Assembly: GCA_902562285.1 (NCBI GenBank)
Contig: CACESU010000002.1
Span: forward strand, 74,283-138,282
Length of the DNA stretch: 64,000 nt
DNA from: an uncultured Alphaproteobacteria bacterium
Lineage (GTDB): Bacteria; Pseudomonadota; Alphaproteobacteria; Rhodobacterales; Rhodobacteraceae
Reading direction: 5' to 3'
Below the pieces are notes generated by a model that worked only from the letters and a program-made list of their open reading frames with translations, did no database searches and was not told the DNA's origin. A program made the position numbers and the translations under genes. Below, one piece after another: positions 46,992 through 56,765 of the stretch. Position 1 is the stretch's first letter; every line of letters starts with the position of its first letter.

Positions 46992-49181
46992 TTGATAAAA
47001 AAAAGAAATGAGATCAATGCTAATTTTTTAAATAACACAGAATATAAGTCCCAGTTTTTAAATGGAGTAGATAAAAATTCTGTTAAAAGATTTTTTAATC
47101 GTGAACTTTCTTGGATTTCTTTTAATGATAGAGTTTTAGAAGAAGCTGGTAATAACAAAGTTCCACTATTAGAACGTGTAAGGTTTTTGGCGATTTCTGC
47201 TGAAAATTTGGACGAATTTTATTCTGTTCGGGTCGCAGGACTAAAGGAATTAGTCCGAGAAAATTTATCTCGAGTAAGTGTAGATGGATTATTGCCTCAA
47301 GAACAGATTGAAAAGATTGAAAAATTGACAAGATCTCTTATGGAGAAGCAACAAATTATATGGAAAGAATTATTAAATGAACTCAAGAATTCTGGTATAT
47401 GTATTCTTTCAAAAAATGATTTACTTACTTCTGATTATAAACCTTTAGAGAAATATTTTACAGAACAAGTGTTTCCACTTATTACTCCTTTGGCAATTGA
47501 TCCTGCCCACCCATTTCCTTTTATTACATCAGGTGGATTTACCTTAGCTGTAAGATTAAAGAGATTAACCGATGGATCTTTTTTTGAAACACTTATACCT
47601 ATACCTTCTCAAATCCCGCGGTTTCATAGGTTAACAAATAGCAAAAAGAGAGAGATAAGATTTATACCCTTAGAAGTTATTTTAGATAAATTCCTACCAA
47701 TTATTTTTCCTGGATATAGTATTTTTGGCAAATGTACATTTAGAATTTTGAGAAACAGTGACCTAGAACTTGAAGAAGAGGCTGAAGATTTAGTTCGTGA
47801 ATTTGAAACAGCTCTAAAGAAGCGGAGACGAGGTGATGTAGTAAGCTTGACTATTTCTAAGGATGCACCAAAAGAACTATTTGATTTGGTAACCGGTTCT
47901 TTATCTGTTCTTCCAGAAGAGATAATTCAAGTTGAAGGAGTTATTGGAATGACTAAGCTCTCCGAGCTAGTAATTTCTGATAAACCTAATTTACTTTGGA
48001 AACCATTTAAGCCTAGGAATCCGGAAAGAGTAGAAGAAAATAACGGTGATATTTTCGCAACTATTAAAAGAAAAGATATGTTATTACATCATCCTTATGA
48101 AACTTTTAATGTAGTTGTAAGCTTTTTGCAGCAGGCGGCAAACGATCCAAATGTTGTTGCAATAAGACAAACACTTTATAGAACAAGTAAGAATAGTCCA
48201 ATTGTAAAGGCTTTATGTGAAGCTGCTGAAGCTGGAAAGTCAGTTACTGCATTGGTAGAGCTTAGAGCTCGCTTCGATGAAGCAGCAAACATTCACCAGT
48301 CTCGTGCTTTAGAAAGGGCTGGAGCTCATGTTGTTTATGGGTTTTTAGATTTAAAAACACATGCAAAAATTTCAATTGTGGTAAGAAAAGAAGGAAGAAA
48401 ATTAGTTTCTTACACACATTTTGGAACTGGAAATTATCACCCAATAACTGCAAACTTCTATACTGATTTAAGTTTTTTCACAAAAGAACCAGATCTCGCA
48501 AGGGATGCAACTAAAGTATTTAATTATGTATCAGGTTATATAGAGCCTTCTGAATTTGAAAATATCAGTTTAGCTCCAATTGATTTAAAAAAAACCATTC
48601 TTCAAAATTTACTAAACGAGGTTCGATTAGCAAAACAAGGAAAACCTGCAAGAGCCTGGATAAAACTTAACTCCTTGGTAGAAAAAGATGTTATAGATGC
48701 TATGTATGACGCTAGTAATGCCGGTGTAAGGATTGATTTAATTGTAAGAGGTATTTGTGCTCTTAGGCCTGGTATTAACGGTTTATCAGAAAATATTAGA
48801 GTAAAATCGATAGTAGGGAGATTTTTAGAGCATTCAAGAATTGCTTGTTTTGGTAATGGTTCAGATCTTCCATCATTTGAATCAAGAGTATATATCTCTT
48901 CAGCGGATTGGATGAGTAGAAACTTAAATAGAAGAGTTGAAGTATTAGTAAAGATAAATAACAACACAGTTAAAGCACAAATTGTAAATCAAATAATGGC
49001 AGCAAATTTAAGAGATCAAGCTCAATCTTGGGTTCTACAGTCCGATGGTTCATATATTAGAGACAATATTGCAACTCAAAATAAATTTTCTTGCCATGAT
49101 TTTTTTATGCAAAATCCGTCGCTATCTGGTAGGGGAAGAGCTTTAAGAAAAAACCCTCCTGAATTATTAATTGAAAATTAA
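46992..49181 (+). CDS. ppk: Polyphosphate kinase 1
   Basis: 729 aa with FNRELSWISFNDRVLEEA at the N-terminus and PLD-like HKD motifs (THAKISIVVR, the second in RFLEHSRI). It starts at TTG. Confidence 0.95.
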   Translation: MIKKRNEINANFLNNTEYKSQFLNGVDKNSVKRFFNRELSWISFNDRVLEEAGNNKVPLLERVRFLAISAENLDEFYSVRVAGLKELVRENLSRVSVDGLLPQEQIEKIEKLTRSLMEKQQIIWKELLNELKNSGICILSKNDLLTSDYKPLEKYFTEQVFPLITPLAIDPAHPFPFITSGGFTLAVRLKRLTDGSFFETLIPIPSQIPRFHRLTNSKKREIRFIPLEVILDKFLPIIFPGYSIFGKCTFRILRNSDLELEEEAEDLVREFETALKKRRRGDVVSLTISKDAPKELFDLVTGSLSVLPEEIIQVEGVIGMTKLSELVISDKPNLLWKPFKPRNPERVEENNGDIFATIKRKDMLLHHPYETFNVVVSFLQQAANDPNVVAIRQTLYRTSKNSPIVKALCEAAEAGKSVTALVELRARFDEAANIHQSRALERAGAHVVYGFLDLKTHAKISIVVRKEGRKLVSYTHFGTGNYHPITANFYTDLSFFTKEPDLARDATKVFNYVSGYIEPSEFENISLAPIDLKKTILQNLLNEVRLAKQGKPARAWIKLNSLVEKDVIDAMYDASNAGVRIDLIVRGICALRPGINGLSENIRVKSIVGRFLEHSRIACFGNGSDLPSFESRVYISSADWMSRNLNRRVEVLVKINNNTVKAQIVNQIMAANLRDQAQSWVLQSDGSYIRDNIATQNKFSCHDFFMQNPSLSGRGRALRKNPPELLIEN

Positions 49182-49223
49182 AATTTCATTAATGTCTATG
49201 AAAATTTATCATTTAAAAAGGTC

Positions 49224-50720
49224 ATGACAGGTTTAACTAAAAAAGTTATCAATTATACTAAATTACGAAGAACAGGAATTGTTGATATAGGGTCAAATAC
49301 TGTAAGATTAGTGGTTTTTGAAGGTCCTTCTAGATCTCCAAGATATTTTTATAATGAAAAAGTAAATTGTGGTTTAGGTATAGGTTTAAGGCAAAATAAA
49401 TTTTTAAATAATAAAGGAAAGCAAAAAGCTTATAAAGCAATACAGCGCTTTAGTGCTGTTTTAAAAACAATGAGTATATTTGAAATCTTTTTTGTAGCTA
49501 CTTCAGCTGTAAGAGATGCAAAAAATGGAAGAGAATTTATTGAAAGCCTTGAAAAAAAATTCAATATTAAAATCTATGTTATTTCAGGTAAAGAGGAAGG
49601 GCTATTAGCTGCTTCTGGTGTTTTATTAGGTTGGCCAAAAGCTACAGGTATCGTATGTGATATTGGAGGATCTTCTTTAGAGCTTGCATATTTAGAAAAT
49701 GGCAAAATTAAAACAGCTCAATCTTTTGAATTAGGTCCATTGGCGTTACAAGACTACCATGTATTAGGAAAGTCAAAGCTAGAAGTTATCAAACTTAAAC
49801 TATCAAAAATAAATAAATCCTTCCCAAAAAGAATTAATTCTTTATTTTTAGTTGGTGGTTGCTGGAGAGGCTTAGCAAAAATTCATATGAATTTAACCAA
49901 TTATCCGCTAAAAGTATTGCAGGGATATAAAGTGTTAGTAAAAAATTTTGAACCAACATTAGAGTTCATATCCAACACCAAAAATTCTGAGCTTTTGCAA
50001 ATTACGTCTTCTTCTGAAGAAAGAGTAAAGCTTCTACCAGATTCTTGTATAGTTTTAAAATCAATTTATGAAAAATTTTGTCCTAGGGAACTTTTTTTTT
50101 CTGGTTATGGAATAAGGGAAGGAATTATCTTTTGTCAATTTAATAATGAGATAAAGAAATTGGATCCGTTACTTCAAGCATGTTTATATCTTGAAAAAAA
50201 TAGATCAAGATATCCTGGATTTGGTAAAATTTTATTTGAATGGTTACTTCCTATTTTCCCCAAAATTGATAATAAACAAAAAAAGATTTTTCTAGCTGCT
50301 TGTTATTTACACGATACTTTTTGGCAAGCACATCCAGATTATCGCTCTGAAGTTTGTTTTGAAACGGTTACTGGAGCCAACCTAGGTGGTATTGACCATA
50401 GTGGGAGGGTTTTTTTAGCTTTATCTTTAATGTCAAGATACAAAAAGACTGACTTAAATAAAATTGATAAGAAATATTTGTTGCTTTTGAATAAAAAAAA
50501 AATCAAACAGGCTATTATATTAGGAGCTTGTATGCGATTAGGAGCAATGCTCTCCGTCAATATACAAGAAAACTTGAGAAAAACTAAAATTTATACTAAA
50601 GAGAAAGTACTTTATTTAGAAATGATGGAAAAGGACAATTTACTAGGAGATTCAGTAGAAAAACGTTTTAATCATTTAGGGAATTTGATGAATTTTAAAT
50701 CTAAAATTACTCTTGTATAA
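49224..50720 (+). CDS. ppx: Exopolyphosphatase (Ppx/GppA family)
   Basis: Has the ASKHA fold start VDIGSNTVRLVVFE and DIGGSSLEL, plus a C-terminal HD-like domain. It lies directly downstream of ppk. Confidence 0.9.
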   Translation: MTGLTKKVINYTKLRRTGIVDIGSNTVRLVVFEGPSRSPRYFYNEKVNCGLGIGLRQNKFLNNKGKQKAYKAIQRFSAVLKTMSIFEIFFVATSAVRDAKNGREFIESLEKKFNIKIYVISGKEEGLLAASGVLLGWPKATGIVCDIGGSSLELAYLENGKIKTAQSFELGPLALQDYHVLGKSKLEVIKLKLSKINKSFPKRINSLFLVGGCWRGLAKIHMNLTNYPLKVLQGYKVLVKNFEPTLEFISNTKNSELLQITSSSEERVKLLPDSCIVLKSIYEKFCPRELFFSGYGIREGIIFCQFNNEIKKLDPLLQACLYLEKNRSRYPGFGKILFEWLLPIFPKIDNKQKKIFLAACYLHDTFWQAHPDYRSEVCFETVTGANLGGIDHSGRVFLALSLMSRYKKTDLNKIDKKYLLLLNKKKIKQAIILGACMRLGAMLSVNIQENLRKTKIYTKEKVLYLEMMEKDNLLGDSVEKRFNHLGNLMNFKSKITLV

Positions 50721-50793
50721 AATTTTTCTTTTAGTGTATGAATGTTTCTTATTTAACGAAAAAAAAATAATATTACTAATCTAAGGCTTAACT

Positions 50794-52128
50794 ATGTATT
50801 TATCCAAATACTTCCTACCTATTCTAAAAGAAAATCCATCCGAGGCTCAGATTACAAGTCATCGTTTAATGCTCAGAGCCGGAATGATAAAACAATCATC
50901 CGCAGGAATTTATTCTTGGTTGCCATTAGGATTAAAAGTTTTAAAAAAAATTGAAAGTATAGTAATTGAAGAACAAATTGCAGCTGGTCATATTCCTATA
51001 CTTATGCCAACAATTCAGTCTGCTGATCTTTGGAGAGAAAGCAAAAGATTAGATGACTATGGAAAAGAGATGTTACGGTTTGAAGATCGTCACGGTAGAT
51101 TAATGTTATATGGTCCGACTAATGAAGAGTTGGTAACAGATATTTTTAGGTCGTTTATTTCTAGTTATAAAGATTTGCCTAAAACTTTGTTTCACATTCA
51201 GTGGAAATTTAGAGATGAAGTACGACCGAGATTTGGTGTTATGAGAGGAAGAGAATTTTTTATGAAAGATGGTTATAGCTTTGATATTGATAAAAAATCT
51301 GCTATTCATGCCTATAATAGACATATGATAAGTTATTTGAAAACTTATGAAAGACTCGGCCTAAAGGCAATACCAATGAAAGCAGATACAGGTCCAATTG
51401 GTGGAGATTATAGTCATGAATTTTTGGTTTTAGCTAGTACTGGAGAAAGTCAAGTTTTTTATGATAGTAATATATCTGATTTATCTTTAGGAGATAATAT
51501 AATCGAATACGAGAATTGCTCAAATTTGAAAAGTATAGTAAATAAGTTTACTACCCCCTATGCTCGTACTGATGAAACGCATGATTTAACTCTTTTTGAA
51601 AAAATACCAGAGAATAGAAGAATGTCTGGTAGGGGGATTGAAGTTGGCCAAATTTTTTATTTTGGAACAAAATATTCTGAATCGATGGGGGCAAAAATAG
51701 ATCTTGCAAATGGTAAACGTATACCAGTTGAAATGGGTAGTCATGGAATAGGAGTATCTCGTTTAGTAGGAGCATTAATTGAAGCTAATCATGACCAACA
51801 TGGTATTATCTGGCCAAAAGCTGTTGCACCATTCGATGCCGTTATAGTCAATCTGAAACAAAATGATAAAAAATGTCATGAAATCTCAATTAAAATTTAT
51901 GATTTTCTAAAAGTTAACGGTTTTGATATTCTTTATGATGATAGATTTGAGAGTGTAGGTGCAAAATTTTCATCAATGGATTTGATAGGTATTCCCATAC
52001 AAATTATTGTTGGACCAAGAGGCCTTTCAGAGGGCATATTAGAAATTAAATCTAGAAAAGATGGAACGAGAAAGACCATACCACTTTCTGAAAATTTTTT
52101 AGAATTAATAAACGAAGTTAAGATATAA
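50794..52128 (+). CDS. proS: Prolyl-tRNA synthetase (short alphaproteobacterial type)
   Basis: Has class II motifs ([31 protein letters not shown]) and a C-terminal anticodon-binding domain. Confidence 0.95.
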   Translation: MYLSKYFLPILKENPSEAQITSHRLMLRAGMIKQSSAGIYSWLPLGLKVLKKIESIVIEEQIAAGHIPILMPTIQSADLWRESKRLDDYGKEMLRFEDRHGRLMLYGPTNEELVTDIFRSFISSYKDLPKTLFHIQWKFRDEVRPRFGVMRGREFFMKDGYSFDIDKKSAIHAYNRHMISYLKTYERLGLKAIPMKADTGPIGGDYSHEFLVLASTGESQVFYDSNISDLSLGDNIIEYENCSNLKSIVNKFTTPYARTDETHDLTLFEKIPENRRMSGRGIEVGQIFYFGTKYSESMGAKIDLANGKRIPVEMGSHGIGVSRLVGALIEANHDQHGIIWPKAVAPFDAVIVNLKQNDKKCHEISIKIYDFLKVNGFDILYDDRFESVGAKFSSMDLIGIPIQIIVGPRGLSEGILEIKSRKDGTRKTIPLSENFLELINEVKI

Positions 52129-52161
52129 CTTCTAAATTTAGCATTAAAATGGAGTTAAAAA

Positions 52162-53442
52162 ATTAATAAAACTTATTTTTTTTTATTTTCAAAATTAGAA
52201 ATATTAATTGCTTGGCGCTATTTAATAGCTAAACGCCGTGAGGGTGGCGTTTCTACTATTGCTTGGTATTCATTTTTAGGAGTTACACTTGGAGTAGCTA
52301 CTCTAATTGTTGTTCAGGCAGTTATGGTTGGATTTAAAGAAGAATTTACTGATCGTATTATTGGTGCTAATCCTCATTTGGTTGTACAAAAAAGTTTTTT
52401 TACTGACGAAAAAAATATTAATATTGATGTGAAAGATAATTTAATAAATAAAATAACCAAAATTCAGAATATTATTCATGCATACCCTGTTATTTCAGGT
52501 CAAGTAATGGGTGCATTTGAAGGAAAATATTCAGGATTACAGGTAGTTGGTATTTATAAAGAAGATTTAAAAAAAATCGATTTAATTGCAAATCCCGAAA
52601 AAAAAATAGGTAATATAGACAATTTTAATGTTGGAATTTCAGTAGGAAAAGGAGTTGCTAACAGTCTTGGAATTGGAATAGATCAATACCTTAGGCTTAT
52701 ATCTCCAGACGGTTTAAAAACTTTATTTGGAACTACTCCAAGGATGGGAGATTTCCCTGTAAAATATGTATTCAAGGTGGGTCGTTACGACATTGATAGG
52801 TATAGAATTTACATGCCATTCTTGGATGCTCAGATGTTTTTTAATAGAGAAAATCAAATTGATAAAATCAATATCCTTGTTAAAGATCCAAATAAAGTAA
52901 ATGAAATCCAAGAAAATTTAGAAAAATCTTTAGGTAATAATTATGAAATATGGACTTGGAAAGATTATTCGGGAGCTTTTCTAAATGCTCTTGATGTGGA
53001 AAGACGAGTTATGTTTATTATTTTATCGTTAGTGATATTGATAGCTGCGCTTAATATAATTTCTGGCCTTGTGATGCTAGTAAAAAATAAAAGAAAAGAT
53101 ATTGGAATTTTACGAACAATGGGGTTGAGTCAAAATTCTATAGTACGTATATTTATTATTTGTGGTTCTCTTATTGGTATATTAGGAACAATTTCAGGTT
53201 TGATATTAGGTACCACCTTTTCATATTTTTTGCCTGATTTACAAATTTTTATAGAAGAAACTTTAAATCGAGAGCTTTGGAACCCTGAATTACGTTTTTT
53301 GACAGAGGTACCAGTTAGATTAAGGTTATTAGACCTTTTTTTTATAAGCTTTATTTCTTTAACTTTATCAATAATTGTAACAATTTTTCCTGCCATTAAT
53401 GCTGCAAGACTTGATCCTGTTGAGGCTTTGAGACATGAGTAA
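52162..53442 (+). CDS. lolE: Lipoprotein-releasing system permease LolC/E (proposed ATT start; the track ORF begins only at 52324)
   Basis: The in-frame sequence 52162-52323 encodes the conserved LolC/E N-terminus and TM1 (FSKLEILIAWRYLIAKRREGGVSTIAWYSFLGVTLGVATLIVVQAVMVGF). GGAG at 52151-52154 lies 7 nt before ATT 52162. The C-terminal FtsX domain ends PVEALRHE. Confidence 0.8.
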   Translation: MNKTYFFLFSKLEILIAWRYLIAKRREGGVSTIAWYSFLGVTLGVATLIVVQAVMVGFKEEFTDRIIGANPHLVVQKSFFTDEKNINIDVKDNLINKITKIQNIIHAYPVISGQVMGAFEGKYSGLQVVGIYKEDLKKIDLIANPEKKIGNIDNFNVGISVGKGVANSLGIGIDQYLRLISPDGLKTLFGTTPRMGDFPVKYVFKVGRYDIDRYRIYMPFLDAQMFFNRENQIDKINILVKDPNKVNEIQENLEKSLGNNYEIWTWKDYSGAFLNALDVERRVMFIILSLVILIAALNIISGLVMLVKNKRKDIGILRTMGLSQNSIVRIFIICGSLIGILGTISGLILGTTFSYFLPDLQIFIEETLNRELWNPELRFLTEVPVRLRLLDLFFISFISLTLSIIVTIFPAINAARLDPVEALRHE

Positions 53443-54124
53443 AGGTTTTGTTTTGGAGTTAATAAAGCTATCAAAAATATATAGTGAAAGTGGCTCTGAT
53501 AAATTAGTGATTTTTAAAAATATCAATTTAAGTATTAAAAGTTCAGAATTGGTAGGTATAATAGCACCTTCTGGAACTGGTAAAACATCACTATTAAATA
53601 TTTCTGGTTTATTAGATTTACCATCTGATGGCGAGGTTAGAATTCTAAATAAAAGCACAAAGTCACTATCTATTGAAAAGAGAAATAATGTAAGAAGAAA
53701 GAATATAGGATTTGTATTTCAATCCAGTAATTTGCTTAATGAGTTTACTTCAATTGAAAATGTTGCATTATCTAGAATAATTAAAGGTTATCGTTTTATT
53801 GAAGCATTAAATTATGCTAAGAAGCTTTTGATAAATGTTGGCATGGAAAATCGTCTTTACAGTAGACCATCGCAATTATCTGGGGGTGAAAAACAGCGAG
53901 TTGCAATTTGTCGAGCTATAGCAAACGATCCGAAGCTTCTTTTAGCTGATGAGCCTACAGGAAATTTAGATGGCGAAAATTCTAAATTAATTTTCAATTT
54001 ATTAATTGATTTAGTTAAGGAAAAAAATGTTTCAGCACTTGTCGCAACACATAATTTAGACCTAATAAAAAAAATGGATAGAGTTTTTAGTTTAACTAAA
54101 AATGGGTTTAAAGAAATTCACTGA
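53435..54124 (+). CDS. lolD: Lipoprotein-releasing system ATPase LolD
   Basis: Has Walker A APSGTGKTS, signature LSGGEKQRVAICRA and Walker B LLADEPTGNLD. It overlaps lolE by 8 nt. Confidence 0.9.
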   Translation: MSKGFVLELIKLSKIYSESGSDKLVIFKNINLSIKSSELVGIIAPSGTGKTSLLNISGLLDLPSDGEVRILNKSTKSLSIEKRNNVRRKNIGFVFQSSNLLNEFTSIENVALSRIIKGYRFIEALNYAKKLLINVGMENRLYSRPSQLSGGEKQRVAICRAIANDPKLLLADEPTGNLDGENSKLIFNLLIDLVKEKNVSALVATHNLDLIKKMDRVFSLTKNGFKEIH

Positions 54125-54127
54125 TTA

Positions 54128-55015
54128 CTAATTATAACATATATTCTTAAAATTTATCCATTCCTCATCTGTGACTAATAAGTTTAAGTCTGTTTTTTCT
54201 TCTATAGTAAAATTATTCCAATTATAATTATTAAAATTCAAATCAAAAGAATTATAAAACCCAAAAACAAATGATAAGATTGTTATAAAACTTTGATCTT
54301 TTAAGAAATATTTAAAAATATGTCTATTTTTATATGCATAAATCGCTACTTCTAACATTCTATTAAAATTAATAGATGATTTTTCTTCTTTTAACCATCT
54401 GTATGGTATAATTATTTTTCCACCAGGTAGTAATTGAGGTTTATCTCCACCATATTTTATTACAATTATATCTACTAAATGGTCTGTTAGAAAAAATTGA
54501 TTAATTTTATTTTCAAATTTCTTAATATTTATATTTTTATTACAAATTTTACTTTTTGATATAAGTTCGTTAAATGAATTGTCGTAGTAAATAATTTCAG
54601 ATTTAGGATCTGTTACTTTGAAGATTATTTCTCTTAAAAAAAAGGGAAAATAGAAAAAAATTAACAAGAAGGAACAAAAAAAAATAAGTTTAAAATATTT
54701 TCTAAATCTAAAAATAGGCCAACTATTTTGAGTTTTTAAATTACAAACCAACATTATTGCATTGATCATCTCATCATCCTCAAGGATAAGTTTTTCAATC
54801 TTATTTGTTCCCTGGCTGAAAATTGTATTTTCTTTACTTTTTGAAATCATGACAATTGAATTAAAACTCCAGTGATCAAGAGGAAAAGCATTTTCATCAG
54901 ATATAATTAATGATGATTTTCCAAAAGATACTATTACTGATCTTTTTGGTGTACTATTATTCTCTTTCCAGACAGCTTTAGCCTCTAACCTGCTAAATTT
55001 TTTTATGGCAGTCAT
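54128..55015 (-). CDS. Hypothetical membrane protein
   Basis: 295 aa with a soluble N-terminal about 100 aa, one strongly hydrophobic segment (LIFFCSFLLIFFYFPFF) and an unrecognised C-terminal domain. Confidence 0.5.
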   Translation of the reverse strand: MTAIKKFSRLEAKAVWKENNSTPKRSVIVSFGKSSLIISDENAFPLDHWSFNSIVMISKSKENTIFSQGTNKIEKLILEDDEMINAIMLVCNLKTQNSWPIFRFRKYFKLIFFCSFLLIFFYFPFFLREIIFKVTDPKSEIIYYDNSFNELISKSKICNKNINIKKFENKINQFFLTDHLVDIIVIKYGGDKPQLLPGGKIIIPYRWLKEEKSSINFNRMLEVAIYAYKNRHIFKYFLKDQSFITILSFVFGFYNSFDLNFNNYNWNNFTIEEKTDLNLLVTDEEWINFKNICYN

Positions 55016-55024
55016 TTACGAGAA

Positions 55025-56656
55025 TTAATCAAGATCAGGATGTACATAATGTTTTTCTTCCAAAATATTTCTGAGATCAATTTTGGATATTTTTCCAGTA
55101 GCAGTATGAGGAATTTCATCCACAAAAATAATATCATCTGGAATTTGCCATTTTGCTACAAAAGATCTCATAAATTCAAAAATATCTTCCTTAGAGACTT
55201 TTGAATTTTGCTTACTTACTACAACTAAAATAGGTCTTTCATCCCATTTTGGATGGCTAACACCAATAGCAGCAGCTTCAACGATTTCAGGATGTCCAAC
55301 AGCTGCATTTTCAAGATCAATTGAAGAAATCCACTCTCCTCCAGATTTAATAATATCTTTTGACCTGTCGGTTATTCTCATATATCCGTTTTTATCTATT
55401 GTTGCCACATCTCCAGTATCAAACCAACCAAATTTGTCCACTGTTTCTACTTCTGTTTTTAAATACTTTTGAACAACTGCTGCCCCACGTGACCATAATT
55501 TACCCTGGGTTTTACCATCATTAGGTAATTTATTGCCATTATCATCAGTAATTTTTAATTCTACACTAAAAGGCGGATGGCCAGTTGTTTCTTGTATTGT
55601 AATCCTATCCTCATCATTTAATTCTAATATTTCCGGTTTGAAAGAGCATATTGTCCCTAAAGGAGACATTTCTGTCATTCCCCAAGCATGAAGTACTTGT
55701 ACGCCAAAATCTTTTTGAAAAGTTTCAATAACAGCTCTTGGGCAAGATGATCCACCAATTATTACCCTCTCTAATGAAGATAATTTTAAGTTATTAGCTT
55801 TCAAATAATTCAATAGCAGCAGCCAAATTGTTGGCACAGCTGCGGTAACTGTTACTCCTTTTTCAAGCATTTCGAATAAAGCTTCAGGTGTCATATTTTT
55901 TCCAGGCATTACCATTGAGGCACCAACAAGTGGTGCAGTGTATCCAATTGACCAGCCATTAGCATGAAATAAAGGAACTACTGGCATTATTCTATCTCTG
56001 GAAGATAAGTTAAGCATATCTGGAGATGCGGATGTCATTGCGTGTAAAACATTCGACCTATGTGTATATACAACTCCTTTGGGATTACCAGTTGTTCCAG
56101 AAGTGTAACATATACCACAAGCATCTTTCTCATCACCTCTTATCCAGTCAAAATCTCCATCTTGGTCTTTCAATATTTCTTCATAGCAAATTAAATCAGG
56201 GATAATAGATTTTGGCATTTTTTCATGATCAGTTATAACAATTACTTTCTCAACTGTTTTACAGTGTGGGAGTATTTTTTCTATAATTGGTAACATGTCG
56301 ATATCAATTATAAGAAATTTATCTTCTGCATGATTGATGATGAATGATAATTGCTTAGAAAAAAGTCTAGGATTTAAAGTATGGTTTATAGACCCGGAAC
56401 CAGGAACACCATACCATATTTCTAAATGACGTGCGGTATTCCAAGCCATAACTCCAATTCTATCACCTTTTCTTATACCTAATTTTATAAGCGCTTTTGA
56501 CAATCTTTTTGAATTATGATGAATCTCGATCCAACTTGTTTCTGTTATAGGGCCTTCTATATTCCTACTTATTATTTTTCTATTTGGATGATATCTAGCA
56601 GCATGATCTATTACCTCAGATACTCTTAAAGAAAATGGCTGCATAAGATTATCCAT
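55025..56656 (-). CDS. AMP-forming fatty-acyl/MMPA-type CoA ligase (FadD/DmdB-like class)
   Basis: Has YTSGTTGNPKGV, GWFDTGD and GKISK. The N-terminal VIDHAARYHPNRKII block is typical of this ligase subfamily. Confidence 0.85.
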   Translation of the reverse strand: MDNLMQPFSLRVSEVIDHAARYHPNRKIISRNIEGPITETSWIEIHHNSKRLSKALIKLGIRKGDRIGVMAWNTARHLEIWYGVPGSGSINHTLNPRLFSKQLSFIINHAEDKFLIIDIDMLPIIEKILPHCKTVEKVIVITDHEKMPKSIIPDLICYEEILKDQDGDFDWIRGDEKDACGICYTSGTTGNPKGVVYTHRSNVLHAMTSASPDMLNLSSRDRIMPVVPLFHANGWSIGYTAPLVGASMVMPGKNMTPEALFEMLEKGVTVTAAVPTIWLLLLNYLKANNLKLSSLERVIIGGSSCPRAVIETFQKDFGVQVLHAWGMTEMSPLGTICSFKPEILELNDEDRITIQETTGHPPFSVELKITDDNGNKLPNDGKTQGKLWSRGAAVVQKYLKTEVETVDKFGWFDTGDVATIDKNGYMRITDRSKDIIKSGGEWISSIDLENAAVGHPEIVEAAAIGVSHPKWDERPILVVVSKQNSKVSKEDIFEFMRSFVAKWQIPDDIIFVDEIPHTATGKISKIDLRNILEEKHYVHPDLD

Positions 56657-56765
56657 AAAAATTTTCCTTTCAAAACTTCTAATTAATTACAACGAAATTT
56701 ATGTTAAAACAACAATATTAAAATAACATACCTAAATTAATATAATTATAGATTATAGAAAACTT

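Noticed and set aside
46992-50720. ppk1-ppx together with the distant ppk2 (29060-29872) as an unusual polyphosphate system
   Set aside because: ppk1-ppx adjacency and an extra PPK2 are common in proteobacteria, and nothing in the sequences departs from the standard families.
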